DNA from: Escherichia phage CMSTMSU
Sequence record: MH494197.1
Strand: one strand, 5' to 3'
DNA length: 64,000 nt
Shown here: positions 53,081 to 63,690 of the stretch, piece by piece
How the letters are laid out: each line of letters begins with the position of its first letter
How positions within the stretch are numbered: the first letter of the stretch is position 1
Notes under the pieces: model-generated
Told to the model about the DNA's origin: nothing
Databases searched by the model: none
Seen by the model: the letters and a program-made list of their open reading frames with translations, nothing else
Made by a program: the position numbers and the translations under genes

Positions 53081-53296
53081 CTACTTTTTAACATTAACGG
53101 CGTGAATCACTTCCTTAGTGTTTTTAGTACTGAATACTTTCGCCGCTCCTTGTTCGACCGTGATACGATAGCGACCATTAACATCAACCATATTAATAAA
53201 GTCCGGCGTGCTGAATGGTGTTGTTTTGCATTTGAGTACTGTTAACAGTTCCACCAGCGATGTAGTTTCTTTGATACGTTTTTCTAAAGTAATCAT
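53081..53296 (-). CDS. hypothetical small protein
   Basis: track ORF 71 aa; promoter-like repeat upstream, also found before the next gene. Confidence 0.4.
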   Translation of the reverse strand: MITLEKRIKETTSLVELLTVLKCKTTPFSTPDFINMVDVNGRYRITVEQGAAKVFSTKNTKEVIHAVNVKK

Positions 53297-53434
53297 TTTG
53301 TTTCTCCCCGTGTTGGTATGTACATATAGTACTAAAACATTTGAGTACTGTCAATTAGATAATATTATATTTCTTAAAATAAAATGCGTCTTGTGTTGGT
53401 TGATACTCGATACCGTTACCGTTATTGACTTCAA

Positions 53435-53629
53435 CTAATAAACCTTTGTCAATAAGTTTTTAATAGTACGATACCCTTGTTGAAAATTGGTAAAATGTGA
53501 ATCATTACGAAAGGTATAACCGTGCTTAACTGCTTCATCAATAGTTTTCTTTTCGATTTTAGATAATTTCATTTTGTTTCTCCCGTGTTGGTATATGTAC
53601 ATAGTACTAAAACATTTGAGTACTGTCAA
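53435..53629 (-). CDS. hypothetical small protein
   Basis: track ORF; likely start at internal MKLSKIEKK with GGGAGA SD. Confidence 0.4.
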   Translation of the reverse strand: MTVLKCFSTMYIYQHGRNKMKLSKIEKKTIDEAVKHGYTFRNDSHFTNFQQGYRTIKNLLTKVY

Positions 53630-53890
53630 CGTGATATTAGTTTTATTTTCTTATTGTATTGTTGATGCTCATAAAGGTTTATCTTTCCTGTGTTCTCGAT
53701 TACTATCCTGTTGTTAGTGTCCACATCGATTACACGCAGTTTCCGTTGCTTAACTTCCGGGTAATAGGTTACCATTAATAAACTCATTAGCAAGCTGTAC
53801 GGCCTTTGTGATGATTCTCTTCGGTGCTTTATAGTGTACCCGTAAGATGTTATCTTTATATAGTTGAACCTTAATCATTTTGTTTGTCCT

Positions 53891-53916
53891 ATAAAAAGGC
53901 GGGAACTGATCCCGCC
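53891..53916 (-). terminator. rho-independent terminator (minus strand)
   Basis: stem GGCGGGA/TCCCGCC, loop ACTGA, followed by U-run in minus transcript. Confidence 0.6.
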
Positions 53917-54423
53917 GTGTTGTTAGTACTGCAAGTTATTAGATAACCGGCGGCGTTTACTGTATACTGTTACACGATTACCCTTACGGTCGTGTCGGAT
54001 CTCTTTCTGGTTGCGAATCAGTTCACTTGGACGCTTAAGGTTTGCCGTGATCCGCGTGAGTCCATGCATTGGCATTTACCTGTACTTTGATATCAGAACC
54101 AGCGATAAACTCATCTTGTGCGTCAGTATTGCCGCCAGCATATCCGCTCGTTTTAGTTCTGCTGCTGTTAGTACTGGCTCAGGTGAATTCACAATATCAG
54201 AGATCTTTGAACTGTACGGCCCAGCGTTGGCCTTTCGGTGCATCTTTGCCCATGTCTTTAAATGCTGCTCCTTCCTCGCGTGCAACAATACGGGCAGCTT
54301 CACGGGTAGCGTAGAATTTAGTAATCATGGTATACATCCTATTAGTTAAGTTAGTACTACAAGTTAGAGTCTATTATAAAGTACTATCTGGGCAATGTCA
54401 AATAGTACTTTAAATGGATTCTA

Positions 54424-54745
54424 TTACATGTCTTTCTTACGTTTTACATCGTGGTAGCGAACTGTTATTTCTTTGTTGATCTCTTCCTCGATGCGGTGAA
54501 TAACTTTTTCTTTCGGGTTGAAACCTATAACGGTTTCTTTAATGATCTCAAGCCCGTGTATTCGCCTTGTGTACCGTAACCGTATGTAAAGGTTTCGTGT
54601 CCCGTGTCTTCCAGCGGTCGCCAATTAACGCAGACACGTAGCAAGAGTGGTAAGTATTGCCGTGTGAATCAGTCCACCGATTAACGTTAATGTCAAAGGA
54701 GGTTACAATTTTCAATTCTACTTTCTGGGCAAGGATCATAGCCAT
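54424..54745 (-). CDS. hypothetical protein, frame-shifted
   Basis: MAMILAQKVELKIV...NVNRWTDSHGNTYHSCYVS; two overlapping track ORFs. Confidence 0.4.
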
Positions 54746-54764
54746 TTTATTTCTCTCTTTTAGT

Positions 54765-54825
54765 TAGGAGGAACCATTCCCTCACTTGATGTAAACTATT
54801 ATACAGTACTAAGATACTTTGTCAA
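54765..54825 (-). promoter_or_regulatory. PeSL-like cassette
   Basis: TTGACA - 16 nt - TATAAT; hairpin in 5' leader. Confidence 0.55.
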
Positions 54826-54843
54826 TACTTATTTTTGGAAAGT

Positions 54844-55008
54844 TTACGCATTAATTCTACGCTTTCTTGTGAACGTTTTGCTACCGGCAAGCTGCATGGG
54901 TAGTAAACATTTTGTATAGTCTGACGCTTTGCCACCGAACCGAGCGGCACGTTCACGGGCACTTGGAACTAATACTATTTCTTTCTTGCAGATAGTGCAC
55001 TTAGCCAT
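54844..55008 (-). CDS. small Cys-containing protein (54 aa)
   Basis: MAKCTICKKEIVLVPSARERAARFGGKASDY...; own cassette upstream. Confidence 0.4.
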   Translation of the reverse strand: MAKCTICKKEIVLVPSARERAARFGGKASDYTKCLLPMQLAGSKTFTRKRRINA

Positions 55009-55027
55009 TTTATTTCTCTCTCTTTGT

Positions 55028-55089
55028 TAGAGGGGAACCGTTTCCTCACTCGATGTAAACTATTATACAGTACTAAGATACTTTGTCAA
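55028..55089 (-). promoter_or_regulatory. PeSL-like cassette
   Basis: TTGACA - 16 nt - TATAAT; hairpin GGAA ACGG TTCC. Confidence 0.55.
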
Positions 55090-55093
55090 TACT

Positions 55094-55366
55094 TAATTAT
55101 TGTAAATGTCGTGAATAGTGATAAAGTTTTTACGACCGTAAACCTGCAAATCAATATCAATGTAGTGCTTATCTAGTACATCCTCGACGCTTAACGCGGT
55201 GTCGTGGATATCTTCGTAGAATTGAGTATCTACAATCTTGCTTAAGTCATCCGGCGTTAACTCATCGTTAAGCAGTTGAACCGCCGGATATCTGCTTCAC
55301 GTTTCCAGTCTTCCAGTTAGTAGTCAGTACTTGTTCGATTTCGTTAGCTGTCAGTAGAATCCGCAT
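55094..55366 (-). CDS. hypothetical protein, frame-shifted
   Basis: MRILLTANEIEQVL... then ...LLNDELTPDDLSKIVDTQFYEDIHD... in another frame. Confidence 0.35.
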
Positions 55367-55547
55367 TTTTATGTTTCCTTATCAGTGGTTGATGTAAGTA
55401 TTATACTCGTTTACTTTCTATTGTCAAACTATTTTATCAGGGAGTTTTTCGTATGTCTTACTCGACTACTTAACGGGGTTACTTGTTTCGTTCCCCGTCC
55501 TGATGTAAAACATTATACTTGATTCTAAGTACAATGCAAGTACTTTT

Positions 55548-55670
55548 TAAAAATAGTTTTCAGTACTAGCCACCAGCAAACAATAGATACATTTATGCAC
55601 CCTGTGGGCTGATTTGTTTCTATGCGTATATAATAGCAAAGGACTGAATCCCTTATTCAATTATTTTTAA
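55548..55670. repeat. ~130 bp repeated intergenic element, copy 3
   Basis: ATGCACCCTGTGGGCTGA...TATAATAGCAAAGGACTGAATCCC. Confidence 0.55.
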
Positions 55671-55816
55671 ACTTCTTTCGGGTTGCGATAGGTGATAGCG
55701 TTCGGGTACATTTGTTTAATGTTATTCCATGCCCGGTTGACATTGTAACCACTTGATCGAATCAGTTGGTTACTACCGACACCTTGAAACACTACTTCGA
55801 ATAAGAATTCTTTCAT
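55668..55816 (-). CDS. small hypothetical protein (49 aa)
   Basis: MKEFLFEVVFQGVGSNQLIRSSGYNVNRAW... Confidence 0.3.
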
Positions 55817-56286
55817 GCTTTCACCTCGCGATCTGCTTTACCTTTACGCCGACATTACTAATTGTTCGCGTTGCCATAAGTCGAGTGATACAAAAGTTTT
55901 GCGGTATCACTTTTAGGATACTCGCCATTAGTACCTAACCGATAAAACAGATCTTTCAGTACTGATAATTCTACTTGGATCATTATACTTTCTCTTTGTT
56001 GGGAGGGAACTATTCTTCCGATATAAAACATTATACACTTTATTCAGTACAAGTACTTTTAATCTTTCAGCCAATGATCCTGAATGAATTTTTCACCGGA
56101 ACCTTGCTGCATTGATTGTAACAGACGTTCACGATGAGCGGCGGCGAATTGCTCAGTACTATGCGTTACACCGGTTGATATCTGGATTCACCATTGGGGC
56201 TGATGTATTGTACATCCCACGGTTTTTCGTTAGTATCAGACCATTTACGAACGATTAGTTGACCTTGCATTTTTCTTTCTCTTAGT

Positions 56287-56346
56287 GGGGAGAATCATTT
56301 CTCCCCTTCATGTAACTTATTATACAGTACTAGATTATCTTGTCAA
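56287..56346 (-). promoter_or_regulatory. PeSL-like cassette
   Basis: TTGACA - 16 nt - TATAAT; perfect 8 bp hairpin GGGGAGAA TCAT TTCTCCCC. Confidence 0.6.
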
Positions 56347-56351
56347 TAGTT

Positions 56352-56636
56352 TTATTCACCTTGTTTGAATTTAGTTTTCTCCATTGATTCCATGATTGCA
56401 ACCAATACGCCGTGGATCTCGCTTAACGCGGAATCACTAAAAGCATTAATGAATAGTCGATCATTCTCGCGAATATTTTTAATGTACTTTTCAGCAGTAG
56501 TTGCGAATTCATTCAACGGTAGATCAAATGCTTTATCCCATGATGGATGGCGTAATTGTAACAGTACTGGATTATCACGATCACGGGAAAACGTACCAGT
56601 GATGAAACATACGCCCGAATACTTTCGAACTGGCAA
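56352..56636 (-). CDS. hypothetical protein (94 aa)
   Basis: track ORF. Confidence 0.45.
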   Translation of the reverse strand: MPVRKYSGVCFITGTFSRDRDNPVLLQLRHPSWDKAFDLPLNEFATTAEKYIKNIRENDRLFINAFSDSALSEIHGVLVAIMESMEKTKFKQGE

Positions 56637-56959
56637 CGGACTTCCTTTGTGATAGTAGTATGAATGTACATTTATTGTTATCCTCTATTAAATTAATATT
56701 ACAGTTTATGAATCAATTCTTTATCTAAGCGATAGCGTACATTATTAATAGTAACGGCATTGTTTTAATGCTACGCTGTACAGGTCCACCAGCAATAACA
56801 AATGTTGCTTTATTACCCCGAACAATGATAGCACTTCCGTGATTACCGAAATCATCTTGTACTAAAATACTTGATAAGTTTTCCATTTTATTTCTCTTAG
56901 TAGGGAAGATGTTTCCTTGATGTAAGTACTATAACAGTACTGAAAACTAATTGCAAGTA

Positions 56960-57313
56960 CTATGATAAAATCATGATAGGATATTCACTATCGATCAGTA
57001 CCTCGAATCCGAACCCTTCGTACCATTCTTTAAGATTAAAGGCGTTATCTTCTCCGTATCGCATTCTAAGATGATACAATCTGAATCATCAGCGGCATCG
57101 ATAAAGGCATTCATTAATTCGTTACCTTCACCATTGCCCCGACTATCAGGATCAACATAAAGAGAATCAATGAAAGCAACACGGTCATAATCAAGATCCG
57201 GTGCAATGATTCCACGTTTAACAAACCAGTACTGCAATTGTGCTACTTTGCTGTACCTGATAACCAGTGATCTCGCCATTGTCAGTAGTACGCGTGATAT
57301 GTTGTATTCCCAT
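56960..57313 (-). CDS. GNAT-family N-acetyltransferase-like small protein, frame-shifted twice
   Basis: acetyl-CoA-binding motif ...VDPDSRGNGEGNELMNAFIDAA... and C-terminal ...EWYEGFGFEVL... readable across three frames. Confidence 0.5.
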
Positions 57314-57962
57314 GATTTCTATCCTCAGTTAAGATATAAAACATTATACACTATCTTTCAGTACTGTCAATTACTTTTATCTCATAGATCTATGCCAACA
57401 ATTACGCGGATCTCTTTAAAAGTACTATCATGATCCTCCGGCAAGTAATACAATACATGCACCTATAACGGCCCGGCGTCGATTCTCAGGGATTTTACCG
57501 CCGCAGTCGAGGCAATGTACAGTGATTCTCTTTGTGCGTTAATTTGCTTTCTAGCGTGGTTAACGGCGGCCTGAATCACTGCGTTAATCTCGTCTTGTTC
57601 GGCCCCGTCTTTCGCGAATCCTACAGCCATTATTTTAACCTCATTATAAAAATACTATAGTACTGTAATGCTACAATAATACTACTAGTGCTAATCTTAT
57701 TCAAACCACATGATACTACATATCCACCAGCATTACCACGGATAGTAACGCCTTTGTACTGTCTATATAAATTCAACTGCGTATATTGCCTTTGATCAAG
57801 AATTGATCAGAATTATACGCCTTATGCTAAATTGATCCAGTACTTTTGATCATTTATTGATCGATGTTATATAGTTACATTTGTGCACCCTATGGGTTAG
57901 TGACGTTCTCGTCTTGATGTAAGTATTATGCCAGTACTGGAGGATATTGTCAATAGATTATT

Positions 57963-58160
57963 TTAATTTTTTCTATCATTAATTAATGCTTTCAGTACTA
58001 TACTAATAACTTGCAATGATTCATCAATGACAATGAAATTATTCTCTTTCATTAGATGATAGTTACCATTGATTGTATATTCTAACGAGTACTGTTTACG
58101 TTTAATTTTTGATAATGTTTCTATTTGTTTTTGTACTGATTTCATGCTAATCATTGTCAA
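57963..58160 (-). CDS. hypothetical small protein
   Basis: track ORF 65 aa. Confidence 0.35.
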   Translation of the reverse strand: MTMISMKSVQKQIETLSKIKRKQYSLEYTINGNYHLMKENNFIVIDESLQVISIVLKALINDRKN

Positions 58161-58983
58161 ACGTCCTGTAACGCATTCTAACGAGATAAACGGTTGAGTA
58201 CTGGCATTGTATAGGGTAATGATTAAAGCCCACCAGCGTTAACCAGTGGGCTATAATCTTACATCTTGCGGATAATCTTAACAGTATCTTTCACCGATTT
58301 ACCGTTTTGCTGACATTGCTCGATCATCGCGTATTGTTCTGCGGTCAGATCCTCGCCAGTTTTTGCCAGTACTGCGTCGATGAATGAATCCAGTGCGATC
58401 ATTTTGTTTCTCTCTTAGGTTAAGTTAACTACTGTTTATAAAACTTATTATACAGTACTATCAAACTATGTCAATAGTACTGGTAATATATTTTAGCGGT
58501 AGTCGTCGTATGCTTTATTCACGGCGAATATAACTTTCAAAGGCTTCGTCTACCGTTTCATACTCCCGAACATAATCACCATATGAAACTACATACATAC
58601 CTTTTGATCTTCAAACGTCATGATGATAGAATCCAGACCAACGATTTCAGTTTTTGCGATGATAGCCATTTTTAATTCCTTAGTAGTGTAGTTGATAAAA
58701 GTTATTATGTCAGTACTATCAAACTATGTCAATAGTACTGTGATAATATTTTAGTTAATGATAGTCAGTGTAAAATTGTAATCCCCTGCCCGTATAGTAC
58801 TTTATCGCCGAACGTTCCAACACGTTTCATATTGCAATAGATACCCATAACACTTTTACATCTTTGATATTCCGAACGCCAGTAATATCCTTGTTTAAAT
58901 GATCGTGATCAGAAAATAAAACTTGTTTTGCATTTTTCAGTACAGTGCAGATATTAGCCATTTTGTTTTCTCTTCTGTTAGTG

Positions 58984-59041
58984 GGGAGAAGTTTTTCTCC
59001 CTTGATGTAAACTATTATACAGTACTATAATCTATTGTCAA
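58984..59041 (-). promoter_or_regulatory. PeSL-like cassette
   Basis: TTGACA - 16 nt - TATAAT; hairpin GGGAGA AGTTTT TCTCCC. Confidence 0.6.
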
Positions 59042-59414
59042 ACTATTTTTTATATTATTCGAAATCTTCTGGACCGGACTGATAATCATCTTCACCGTAT
59101 GCACTTTCTAACCGCTCGCCAGTGCAATCATCAGTTAGTGAGTCATCCTCATAGTTCACGTCTACGCCAGTGATGTAAAACTGGCTATCGTCTGGATCAT
59201 TGAAATTAATTTTCTGGATGTTTACAATAACTGTATTGATGCCGTGACACCGCCATCAGCCGTTACAAAGTACTGATATTTTTCACAACCGCCTGAATTG
59301 AAACCGTAATTAATTTCGGCCCGACCATCACTTAAACGCAGTGTCTGAGCGATGATTTCATTTTCAAAGTTAGATTGAGCAATTGCAATAGTCATGATTT
59401 GTTTCTTATTATCA

Positions 59415-59471
59415 GGGAAACCGTTTCCCTTTCGATGTAAAACATTATACGCTTATCAGGAAGTAATGCAA
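59415..59471 (-). promoter_or_regulatory. PeSL-like cassette
   Basis: TTGCAT - 16 nt - TATAAT; hairpin GGGAAA CCG TTTCCC. Confidence 0.55.
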
Positions 59472-59957
59472 GTACTATTTCACGTTAATTTCAAAGTACT
59501 GCTCTTTGATGTTTTCCTGTTGGTAAATCTCGTTTAATGCTTTAAGATCTAAAACCTGTTTACCTGCTGCCTGAATATACTTTTAAGAGTCGCTAACAGC
59601 TTCTCAGGCGTGTTTGTAGTCTTACGTGTTGGGATCTTATCGTGCCCCATAGCGTAGTACTGCTTACGTGCTATAGTACTGATAACACTGCGGTACGGTT
59701 CCATGATCAGCTTGTCTGTATTCGTCGCTATCCCCAAACTTCATACCGTGGATCGCAAAGGTCATCATCATGCGGTCGTTATCGCGGATATTGTGGGGCA
59801 GTCGGCAAGCTCGCGAGTCAGTGACATAGTGATCCCCACGTCGCCACCCAGCGGTAAAGGTCGGGCGATAAAGAAACCGTTAGGGAATACTTTCAGGAAG
59901 TTTTCTTGAACTGCTGCGACGAATTCGATGCTATTCATAATTCATTTCCTTAATTAG

Positions 59958-60015
59958 TGGGGAAGTTGTTTCCTCTTGATGTAAAACATTATACGCCTAT
60001 TGAGATAGTTTGCAA
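59958..60015 (-). promoter_or_regulatory. PeSL-like cassette
   Basis: TTGCAA - 16 nt - TATAAT; hairpin GGAA GTTGT TTCC. Confidence 0.5.
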
Positions 60016-60032
60016 GTACTTTCTACAAATAC

Positions 60033-60160
60033 TTTTAAAATAGTTTTCAGTACTCAATACTCATATAATAGATACACTTATGCACCCTGTGGGCTAGTGA
60101 GCTATCTCTCAATGAATATATAATAGCAAAATGGCTGACCGAGTCAACCACTTTTTCATT
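60033..60160. repeat. ~130 bp repeated intergenic element, copy 4
   Basis: ATGCACCCTGTGGGCTAGTGAGCTATCTCTCAATGAATATATAATAGCAAAATGGCTGACCGAGTCAACC. Confidence 0.6.
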
Positions 60161-60271
60161 TATTTTAGCTTTTAGAATCGCCGCCTTTCGCGTCATGCCT
60201 TGCTTGATGTATTCTGTACTTTCGCTTTACGTGCATTCGCTTTATTTGCTTTCGTAAACGCCGAACAACTT

Positions 60272-60580
60272 TTATAGTTTAAACCTGTTGGATTCATTTA
60301 AATCACCATAAAGAATAGATAGGTTACTAACAACGCCGCGATCAATGCACCGACCGAACTGTAATAAGCTAATGATCTCATTTTTAGCCTGAAAATAATG
60401 TTTAATTTGAGCGGCGGTCAGTGCACAATTACGCAGGAAGTTTTCTGTATAACTTTTGCGAGTACTGAAAGAGAATTGACCTTTGCTGCTGCCGATAGTA
60501 ACATCAAACCGAGCGTTGTATTGTTTCATTTTGTTTCTCCTGTTATTGGGGAGAATCATTTCTCCCTTCATGTAAAACAT
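60272..60580 (-). CDS. hypothetical protein
   Basis: track ORF 102 aa; probable start at internal MKQYNARFDV. Confidence 0.4.
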   Translation of the reverse strand: MFYMKGEMILPNNRRNKMKQYNARFDVTIGSSKGQFSFSTRKSYTENFLRNCALTAAQIKHYFQAKNEIISLLQFGRCIDRGVVSNLSILYGDLNESNRFKL

Positions 60581-60605
60581 TATACAGTACTAAAACTAAT
60601 TGCAA
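60548..60605 (-). promoter_or_regulatory. PeSL-like cassette
   Basis: TTGCAA - 15 nt - TATAAT; hairpin GGGGAGAATCATTTCTCCC, identical to copy at 60771. Confidence 0.55.
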
Positions 60606-60770
60606 GTACTATTTTTAGATTTACGCAAACTTTCTACCATCTCAGGAGTAAGGTCTGCGGGTAGGAAACTACTTCATCAACGAAACGTAAAGGAATACCC
60701 CAGCGAAAGGTGAACGTGCTTTCTTAGTATTACTCTTTTTGATGCTTTCATTTCATATTCTTAATTAGTG

Positions 60771-60827
60771 GGGAGAATCATTTCTCCCTTCATGTAAAAC
60801 ATTATACGCGTTTAAAACTAATTGCAA
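60771..60827 (-). promoter_or_regulatory. PeSL-like cassette
   Basis: TTGCAA - 15 nt - TATAAT; hairpin GGGGAGAATCATTTCTCCC. Confidence 0.55.
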
Positions 60828-61691
60828 GTACTATTTGAAAGTAAATGCTCATACGCTACATTAACTACGTTTTCAATAACCGACTGTACAGAAAGATCCC
60901 CACTTCCGGCTATAGTAGAAATCGCTTACAGTAGTGTCATCGTATGCAAATACTTTACCGTGACTGCATCAATCACATACATATTAACCTTTAAGATGTC
61001 GATCTTATCCTGTACAGTAAGCATATTAATTAACCTTTTAAGTACTGACTTAAGTAATCTTGTTGATCTTCGGTGATTGCAGCCATCTTCCCTAGTACTG
61101 GATTAATGATATAATCCCTGTAACGTCCTGTAACGCATTCTCAGGCGGTTTAACGGCTGGGGTAGCCATAGCCATTGCCGACTTGTTCGACGCTGTAACG
61201 CTCATAAAGGCGGCATTCTTCCGGTGTTAACATAGCATCAATGCGTTTCATTGGTTTAATGATGCTTTCGATCTCATTCAGTACTTGATTAACGTTCATG
61301 GTATAATCCCAATATAAGCGGCCTAAATCGACCGCTAACGATGTTTTGATTAATAGGTGTATGGTTGACGTTCAAACAATGATTGCACGTTGTACGCCCC
61401 GCTTATGGGCTTTGCTGGTAAATCAATTTTATATTGTTCACGCTTAAAGATAATAAAACGGCAATTGTTTTAACATCAAAATTGATTGAACGTTCCGAGT
61501 TTACCATCGTGCACAAATACAAGATAACCGCTCGCTACTTGTTTTGTAGTACTGGTTGCAACCATAGACCGCCGAACATGTGTACCTGCGTCGATTAAAG
61601 TACTGATATTTTTCATTTTACTATCCTCTTAAGTTGATTTAATTTCTTTCCCTATGCAGACACTGTACCAAAGTATCTGCATAAAGTAAAG

Positions 61692-62013
61692 CTAATTAAA
61701 GATCTTTTTACGTTTTACATCCTGTACAGTACAATGCAACGGGATAGACAAATCATTGCACAAACGATAGAGGGAGGTTTCATCAGTATTAAGCCCGTCT
61801 ACTGATTCCTTTAAGAGAGATAACGCCGTTTGTTGGTATGCATCTTCATAGCCATAAGTAAATGATTCAACCGCCAGATCATTCAAGCCGTTATCCAGTT
61901 CGACGCTTACATGACAAGAATGATGTATTGCCATATGAATCAGACCAACGTTTACCGTCAACATTGATTGCACGGATTGCAGCCGAAACGGTGTTAATGA
62001 TAGTTTTAGCCAT
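61692..62013 (-). CDS. hypothetical protein, frame-shifted; paralog of 54424..54745
   Basis: MAKTIINTVSAAIRAINVDGKRWSDSYGN then ...HHSCHVSVELDNG...; shares RW-x-DS-x-GN-x-YHSC-x-VS with 54424..54745. Confidence 0.4.
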
Positions 62014-62263
62014 TTTAGTATTCCTTAAATTAATATGTGTCGTCTTGATAAAATCTATTATGCCAGTACTATCAAACTATGTCAATAGTACTGTGATAAT
62101 ATTTTTACTTACTTTTTGCTTTCTTTATTGCTTCCACCGGTCGGCCCATTCTTTACCCCATACTTGTAAATTATAATGGTACTGGCAAAGTGCAACGCCC
62201 CGCTTTAAACCAGTAATAGATTTTTACCACATTGACAAGTTTTCATTTTAGTTTCCTTGTAGT

Positions 62264-62321
62264 GGGAGAACCATTTTCCCCTTGATGTAATGTATTATAC
62301 TTTATTCGATTTACTTTGCAA
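62264..62321 (-). promoter_or_regulatory. PeSL-like cassette
   Basis: TTGCAA - 16 nt - TATAAT; hairpin GGGAGAACCATTTTCCC. Confidence 0.5.
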
Positions 62322-62338
62322 GTACTTTTTAATTTAAT

Positions 62339-62551
62339 TCATCCGTAAAGGATACGCTCAACGCCCAAATCAGTTAAACTAATCGACGGCACTTGATAGG
62401 TTTCAATGTATGCTACACTTGCCCACTGACCGAACTCATTAACGGCCGTATTCATTGCATTTTGCAATTCCACACCTTCCTTGTTGGTAATGACTGCAAC
62501 TACTTGTTCGTTGCCAGTAGTACCAGATACGCGAGTAATGATAATAGCCAT
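62339..62551 (-). CDS. hypothetical small protein
   Basis: track ORF 70 aa. Confidence 0.4.
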   Translation of the reverse strand: MAIIITRVSGTTGNEQVVAVITNKEGVELQNAMNTAVNEFGQWASVAYIETYQVPSISLTDLGVERILYG

Positions 62552-62986
62552 TTTTTAATTCCTATTCAGTAGTTGATGTATGTATTATGCCAGTACTTAA
62601 AACTATTGTCAAACTATTTTTAAAGTTTATCAATGATTGATGCCGTTTCATTGATAGTCTTGCCGTGTTTTGCACACGCGATAACTGCTTTAAATTCCTT
62701 TGATGACCAATCTTTCTTACTGCATACTGACATTACTTGTAAAGTAAAACAATCCAGTTCATAAGTATTCATCTTTATATCCTCAGTTAGTTAAGGTGTC
62801 TGCCTTGATGTAATTAATTATACGCTAATCTCTTAATCGTGCAAGTACTTTTATTACTTTTTGCAAAATACTTTAAACGCTCTCAATCGCATTACAACGA
62901 CCTTAACGCCACCAGCTAGGCAATGCATCAGATAATCAGTTTAAAGCGTTAGAATCGTTTCTAGGCGGTGCTGGTGGCGTAAACGA

Positions 62987-63015
62987 TAAAAAAAGCCCAC
63001 CGTTTAAGGTGGGCT
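62987..63015 (-). terminator. rho-independent terminator (minus strand)
   Basis: 8 bp GC-rich stem AGCCCACC/GGTGGGCT, loop GTTTAA, followed by 7 U in minus transcript; 13 nt downstream of stop at 63028. Confidence 0.7.
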
Positions 63016-63027
63016 AGTGATTCAGTT

Positions 63028-63406
63028 TTATGCTTCAACTTTGCGATGAGCTTCGATCCATTCCTCGCGAGTCATACCACTGGAGTTAATCGCGTCCAGT
63101 ACTACCGCAATGCAGTTACCACGCACCGGAATCAGATATTCTTCCCGTTGTACTACCGCTACGCGTTCCTGAATCCATTTTTGGCTTTTACTTCTGGCTT
63201 GTCTTCCCATACTTAACCGCCGTGGCTTTTGTGCCATCTCTGTAACTACTTCCAGATCCAACTACTGCCGCCTGAATACTTTCGATTGTTGCTTGTAGTT
63301 CTGCTTCACGGGCCGCCTTTGCCGCTTCAATTTCTGCCGCTTTATTTGCTTGTAGTTCTTTCGCAGTACTGTAAGCGATGTTAAAATTATTGCGTACCGC
63401 TTTCAT
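63028..63406 (-). CDS. hypothetical protein, frame-shifted
   Basis: overlapping ORFs 63188..63406 (Ala/Glu-rich, coiled-coil-like) and 63028..63261. Confidence 0.35.
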
Positions 63407-63690
63407 GGTATCGTTATCCAGTTCAGCCGGATCTCAGCCGCGACGTTAGTTTCATTTGCACCAGTGCTTTGATGAATGATTTTACATTAGCCATTTTATA
63501 AATCCTCAATTAAAGTTTAGTTTACGTTTATTAGTGTATCAAAGTTTTCTGACGTGTCCAGTTTTTCGTTCGACTTACTGGCGGTCTACTTAGTGCTCCC
63601 CGTCTTGATGTAATACATTCTACGCCTTTTTGCGGTAATGTCAACTACTTTCTTAAAACTATTTTCAAAGTATCTCAGTACTACGATACT

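Noticed and set aside
58211-58248. Hairpin AGCCCAC(12 nt)GTGGGCT as a terminator
   Set aside because: No U-run follows on either strand and the loop is large.
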